Source of the DNA: Methanomassiliicoccaceae archaeon
GTDB lineage: Archaea > Thermoplasmatota > Thermoplasmata > Methanomassiliicoccales > Methanomassiliicoccaceae
Length of the DNA: 64,000 nucleotides
Reading direction: 5' to 3'
NCBI GenBank assembly: GCA_040776945.1
Contig: JAXGZN010000001.1
Coordinates: forward strand, 736,001 to 800,000
Under the pieces are notes generated by a model that saw nothing but the letters and a program-made list of their open reading frames with translations, was not told where the DNA came from and ran no database searches. Position numbers and translations under genes: made by a program. Shown piece by piece: positions 60,189-64,000 of the stretch; position 1 is the stretch's first letter; each line of letters opens with the position of its first letter.

Positions 60189-60970
60189 TGCTTCTTCCGG
60201 GCCACGAACACCATCAGCTCGCTGTTGGCCTTGAACGGCCCGCCGTGATAATCGCCGTACATCTCGATGGTCTCGAAACCACAGCGGTCAAGCAGCTCCA
60301 GAGCCTCGCGGTGGAAAAGGTACCGCAGGGTGAAAACCGAGGTCACCCGGCGCAAGGGCTTGTCCTGCCTTGAGATGTCGTAGAAGTACGTGACCGTGGT
60401 CCTCTGGTTTGGCTGATCGAAGGTCTGGGCCTCGAACCAGGAGATCACCTCGCCCTGCGGGGTGAGCTTCGTCCCGCGGTGCCGCAGGAGCTGCTCCGGC
60501 CGGTCCAAACGGGGCGAGAACACCACGAAGGAGAAGAGGCCGTCATCGTCCAAATGGTCCCTTATCCGCCTCAGGGCCGCCTCCTGGTCCTTGGTGTCCA
60601 GCAGGTGGAGGAACGAGGCATAGGGGACGAACACTAGCTTGAACTTGCGGCCTAGGTCCATCTCCCTGATGTCCGCTTGCACTATGGCCACCCTTGCCTC
60701 CTCTTGGGGGCTGAGGAACGATACCTTGGTGGCGCATACGTCCAGCATCGCCGGGCTGCGGTCGACGCCGGTCACCTCGTAGCCGGCCTCGGCGAAGGGG
60801 ATGAGCACCCGCCCGGTCCCGCTCATGCAGTCCAGGACCGGACCTCCGGTCCTTTCGGCGAGGTCAAGGAAGAACCGGATGTCGTCCTTGTATTCCTCAT
60901 GCCAGATGTCGTAATACCTGGCCGAGCCTTCGTACAGGTCCAGATTCTCCGTCTCAGCGCTTATATCCAA
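60185..60970 (-). CDS. Class I SAM-dependent methyltransferase
   Basis: VLD..SGTGR, GVD.S..ML, QAD; TTG start inferred. Confidence 0.88.
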   Translation of the reverse strand: MDISAETENLDLYEGSARYYDIWHEEYKDDIRFFLDLAERTGGPVLDCMSGTGRVLIPFAEAGYEVTGVDRSPAMLDVCATKVSFLSPQEEARVAIVQADIREMDLGRKFKLVFVPYASFLHLLDTKDQEAALRRIRDHLDDDGLFSFVVFSPRLDRPEQLLRHRGTKLTPQGEVISWFEAQTFDQPNQRTTVTYFYDISRQDKPLRRVTSVFTLRYLFHREALELLDRCGFETIEMYGDYHGGPFKANSELMVFVARKKQ

Positions 60971-61436
60971 AGCGCCGGAGGAGCTCCTTCCTCTTCTTGG
61001 CGTCCTCATCGGTCTCCACTCCCTTGGGCGTCTGCCCATCAACGATCCCCACGATCCCCCGGCCCAGGCCCGTCTCGGCCACCAGGACCTCGGCGGGATT
61101 GGCGGTGGCGCAGAAGATCGTGCACACCTCGGAAACCTCCTTCAGGCCCCTGAGCACGTTGATGGGATAGGCGTTGGTGAGCACGACGACGAAGGAGTGG
61201 CCGGCCCCGATGCGCTGCGCGTTCTCCGACGCACAGGCCTTTAGGGCGTCGTCATTGCCCTCCACCCGGACCAGACGGTCCCCGGAGGCCTCGCAGAACG
61301 CCACTCCGAACCTTATGCCCGGCACGGCGTTCACCATCGCCTCGTAGATGTCCTCGGCGGTCTTGATGAAATGGGCCTGCCCGACGATGATGTTGGCCTC
61401 CTCGGGCTTTACCAGCTCCACTGCCTCCGTCCTCAT
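60954..61436 (-). CDS. Adenosine-specific kinase family (DUF355) protein
   Basis: GQAHFIKT.ED, AFCEASG, GHSF, CATANP, GYK. Confidence 0.92.
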   Translation of the reverse strand: MRTEAVELVKPEEANIIVGQAHFIKTAEDIYEAMVNAVPGIRFGVAFCEASGDRLVRVEGNDDALKACASENAQRIGAGHSFVVVLTNAYPINVLRGLKEVSEVCTIFCATANPAEVLVAETGLGRGIVGIVDGQTPKGVETDEDAKKRKELLRRFGYKR

Positions 61437-61532
61437 GCTTTCCCACCACAATGAGCCTCTTCCGGCGATAAATAGCCTTGCCATCTTGGTCCGGTGCAAG
61501 GTATTTCTACCGCCCATCACGTTGCTCGGTGC

Positions 61533-62330
61533 ATGTTCTTCGTCGGTCCCGCGGGCTACCCGCCGGGCAGCAAGGGGGCGCTGCAGGCGGTGGAGAACGT
61601 CCGCAAGCTGAACCTCAATGCCCTGGAGCTGCAGTTCGGGCGGAGCGTGAACCTGAGCGTCGAGCGGTCCAGGGAGCTCGCTCCCCGGGCCCGCGAGCTG
61701 GGAGTGGCGCTGTCCTGCCACGCTCCCTACTACATCAACTTCAACTCCGATGAAGAGAACAGGGCCAAGAGCGAGGAACGGCTGCTCAGCTCCCTGCGCT
61801 CCGCCGACGCCATGGACGCACGCATTGTGGTGGTCCACGCCGCATCGTACATGGGCCGCTCGCCGGAGGAAGCCACAGTCGCGGTGATCCGCAGCCTGAA
61901 GCGCATACGCAGGACCGTTGTGGACGAGGGCCTCAGGCCCGCCATCGGCCTGGAGACCATGGGAAAGACCGGCTCCTGGGGCACCTACGAGGAGATCGCG
62001 GAGGTCATGGCCGAGGTAGAAGGAGTGGAGCCGGTTCCGGACTTCGCGCACATCCACGCCCGCGGCCAGGGTTGCCTGCGCACCGAGGAGGACTTCCGGG
62101 CCGCTCTCGAGAAGGCCATGGACCTGCACCCTGGCCGGCTTCACTGCCACTTCAGCGGCATCGAGTACACCGCGAAGGGCGAGAAGCGCCACCTTCCCCT
62201 GGAGTCCAAGGAGCCTGATTTCGCCCTCCTCCGCAATGTGCTCCCGAGGTCGGGGAGGGACTTCACCATCATCTGCGAGTCCCCCGACCCATCGGGGGAC
62301 GCCGTGCTCATGAGACGGATGCTGGAATAA
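61533..62330 (+). CDS. Endonuclease IV-like TIM barrel protein
   Basis: GPAG.P, HAPYYIN, LETMGK, DFAH.HAR, HFSGIEY...GE..H, ICESP. Confidence 0.9.
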   Translation: MFFVGPAGYPPGSKGALQAVENVRKLNLNALELQFGRSVNLSVERSRELAPRARELGVALSCHAPYYINFNSDEENRAKSEERLLSSLRSADAMDARIVVVHAASYMGRSPEEATVAVIRSLKRIRRTVVDEGLRPAIGLETMGKTGSWGTYEEIAEVMAEVEGVEPVPDFAHIHARGQGCLRTEEDFRAALEKAMDLHPGRLHCHFSGIEYTAKGEKRHLPLESKEPDFALLRNVLPRSGRDFTIICESPDPSGDAVLMRRMLE

Positions 62331-62414
62331 CGATGTTCTCAGCTAGCGATGCCAGGACGACAACTATTTATCTCGAAATATATTGATTATCGGAAGCGAC
62401 CCTGGGTGATTATC

Positions 62415-63464
62415 ATGGCGGAACCCGCCGAAAACGGTGCAGAAGGAAGCGATTTCGAGTTCGATTGCCCGGAATGCGGCACTCATATACACGGAGAGGT
62501 GGAGCAATGTCCGAAGTGCGGGGTCGAGTTCGTCATAGAGGAGGTGACCGAGGAGGAATGCCCCGCATGCCATGCCATGATCCCACTGGAAAGCGCCTCC
62601 TGCCCGATGTGCGGGCGCTCGATGACATCGTCCCCGGAGCCTCCCCCAGAGGTCCATGAGGCCGCCAGCGCCGAACCGCCGGGCAAGGCACAGGACGAGC
62701 TGCAGCGCGAGCTGAGGGAGGAGTTCTCCGGCCTGGTGTCCGAGGTCGGCCCCATGATCGCCTTGGCCAAGGAGCACGCCATCGACACCACCGCGCCCCG
62801 CCGGCTGATCGACAAGGCGGTGGCCATGGGCAAGCGCAGGGAGATCGAGCCCGCGGTGCAAACGATGAGGGACTGCAAGGAGATGCTCGAGCGCTCCATA
62901 ACCGACCGGCTGGAAAGGGACATCATGTACCTTGAGAACCTCGCCGAGGTCGCGCGGAAGATGAGCTCCGACCACCAGTCCATAGAGAGGGCCGTCGCCG
63001 AGATCAAGGAGAGGCAGGCGGCCAAGGACCACGCCGGCGCCCTGGAGAGCGTCCGGGCGTCCAAGCGCACCGCCGAGAAGCTCACCGGCAAGTACGTCGA
63101 GGCCCACGAGATGTACGAGGCCTTGGAAAAGATGATACTGAACTCCGAGGCCTTTTACCTGGACGTACGAGAGCCGCGCAAGCTCCTCAACGAGTCCCGG
63201 GAGGCAGGGGAGAGCGGCGATTGGACCACCATGGGGATCCTCGCCCGAAAGGGGCGGGAGGAGATGAGCAAGGTCCTTCCGGAAATGCTATCGGAGGAGC
63301 TGCGAAAGGCCAAGCAGTCATTGTTGGACCTCAAGGCCAAGGGAAAGGACGTCACCTCGATGATCAAGACGCTGAAGGACGCCGGGGTGTCGATGAAGAG
63401 GGATCGGTACGAGGAGGCGCTGGAGCGCCTCACCGAGTTCCGGGACGAGGAGAAGAGGCTGTGA
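62415..63464 (+). CDS. Double zinc-ribbon plus helical/coiled-coil hypothetical protein
   Basis: Four CPxC motifs, Pro-rich linker, long amphipathic helical repeats. Confidence 0.8.
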   Translation: MAEPAENGAEGSDFEFDCPECGTHIHGEVEQCPKCGVEFVIEEVTEEECPACHAMIPLESASCPMCGRSMTSSPEPPPEVHEAASAEPPGKAQDELQRELREEFSGLVSEVGPMIALAKEHAIDTTAPRRLIDKAVAMGKRREIEPAVQTMRDCKEMLERSITDRLERDIMYLENLAEVARKMSSDHQSIERAVAEIKERQAAKDHAGALESVRASKRTAEKLTGKYVEAHEMYEALEKMILNSEAFYLDVREPRKLLNESREAGESGDWTTMGILARKGREEMSKVLPEMLSEELRKAKQSLLDLKAKGKDVTSMIKTLKDAGVSMKRDRYEEALERLTEFRDEEKRL

Positions 63465-64000
63465 TCACGGCCTTACCGGCTCCATCTCCCGCTCAAGCAC
63501 CGACCGCTCCTGCACCTTAAGGCTGTCCGGGCTGACCGAGACCATGAACACCGCCCGCCGCTCCGATACCTGGTCCACCAGGGAGCGTACGAAGCGGATC
63601 ACGCCCTCGAAGCCGGCGTTGCTTATCAGGTAATGAAGATCGTCCAGCAGCACAATCGAAGGGCCGTCGCGGCGCACATGGTCCTCGGCCAGCATCACGA
63701 TCTTCTCCAGCGAAGGGGGCACTGTTCGGGACCCCCTGGACTCATGCTCCGTAAGCCAATATATGTCCGCCTTCCGGCCGCCGAGGCGGTCTCGAACCGT
63801 CCCGGGATTGCTGCGGCTGAACACCAGGGCCCTCATTCCCCGGTCAACCTGCCTTCCCACGAGGTCGTATGCGCGGTCCGGCCGCGGCTCCAGCACTATA
63901 TATGAGCGTCCCTCCCGCACCTCGATCTCCCCGATGGGGGTGACGTTGCCAGGGCCCAGCACCTCCCGGGCCAGCTCTGTGGTTATCTCCGAGCCCATGA
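63465..64000 (-). CDS. DUF835 (inactive KaiC-like) domain protein, probably continuing beyond the window
   Basis: SR.NP, WLT, ..P.LE, VLLD.L.YL...NAGF, LERE. Confidence 0.8.
   Translation of the reverse strand, partial: MGSEITTELAREVLGPGNVTPIGEIEVREGRSYIVLEPRPDRAYDLVGRQVDRGMRALVFSRSNPGTVRDRLGGRKADIYWLTEHESRGSRTVPPSLEKIVMLAEDHVRRDGPSIVLLDDLHYLISNAGFEGVIRFVRSLVDQVSERRAVFMVSVSPDSLKVQERSVLEREMEPVRP

Overview
GC-rich archaeal chromosomal segment. Gene content (PolD small subunit, A1Ao ATP synthase HIKECFABD, TiaS, PriS, L18a/LX, Tsr3, Nmd3, DUF835/KaiC-like proteins) points to Thermoplasmata, most likely a Methanomassiliicoccales methanogen (inference). It contains a probable replication origin next to cdc6, with two identical ORBs around an AT-rich element and a third, inverted ORB beyond hflX. 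It also holds an MCM helicase split by four inteins, a 1793-aa Lhr helicase with what look like two AlkZ-like C-terminal modules, a KaiC-like pair next to a compositionally mosaic type IV pilin, and decayed IS1634-like and TnpB elements. Features absent from the ORF track include a 29-aa membrane peptide ORF after atpD, an in-frame amber junction between DUF424 and nmd3, and structured intergenic regions. No CRISPR array, rRNA or tRNA was recognised. All family assignments come from motif recognition by eye, not from database searches.
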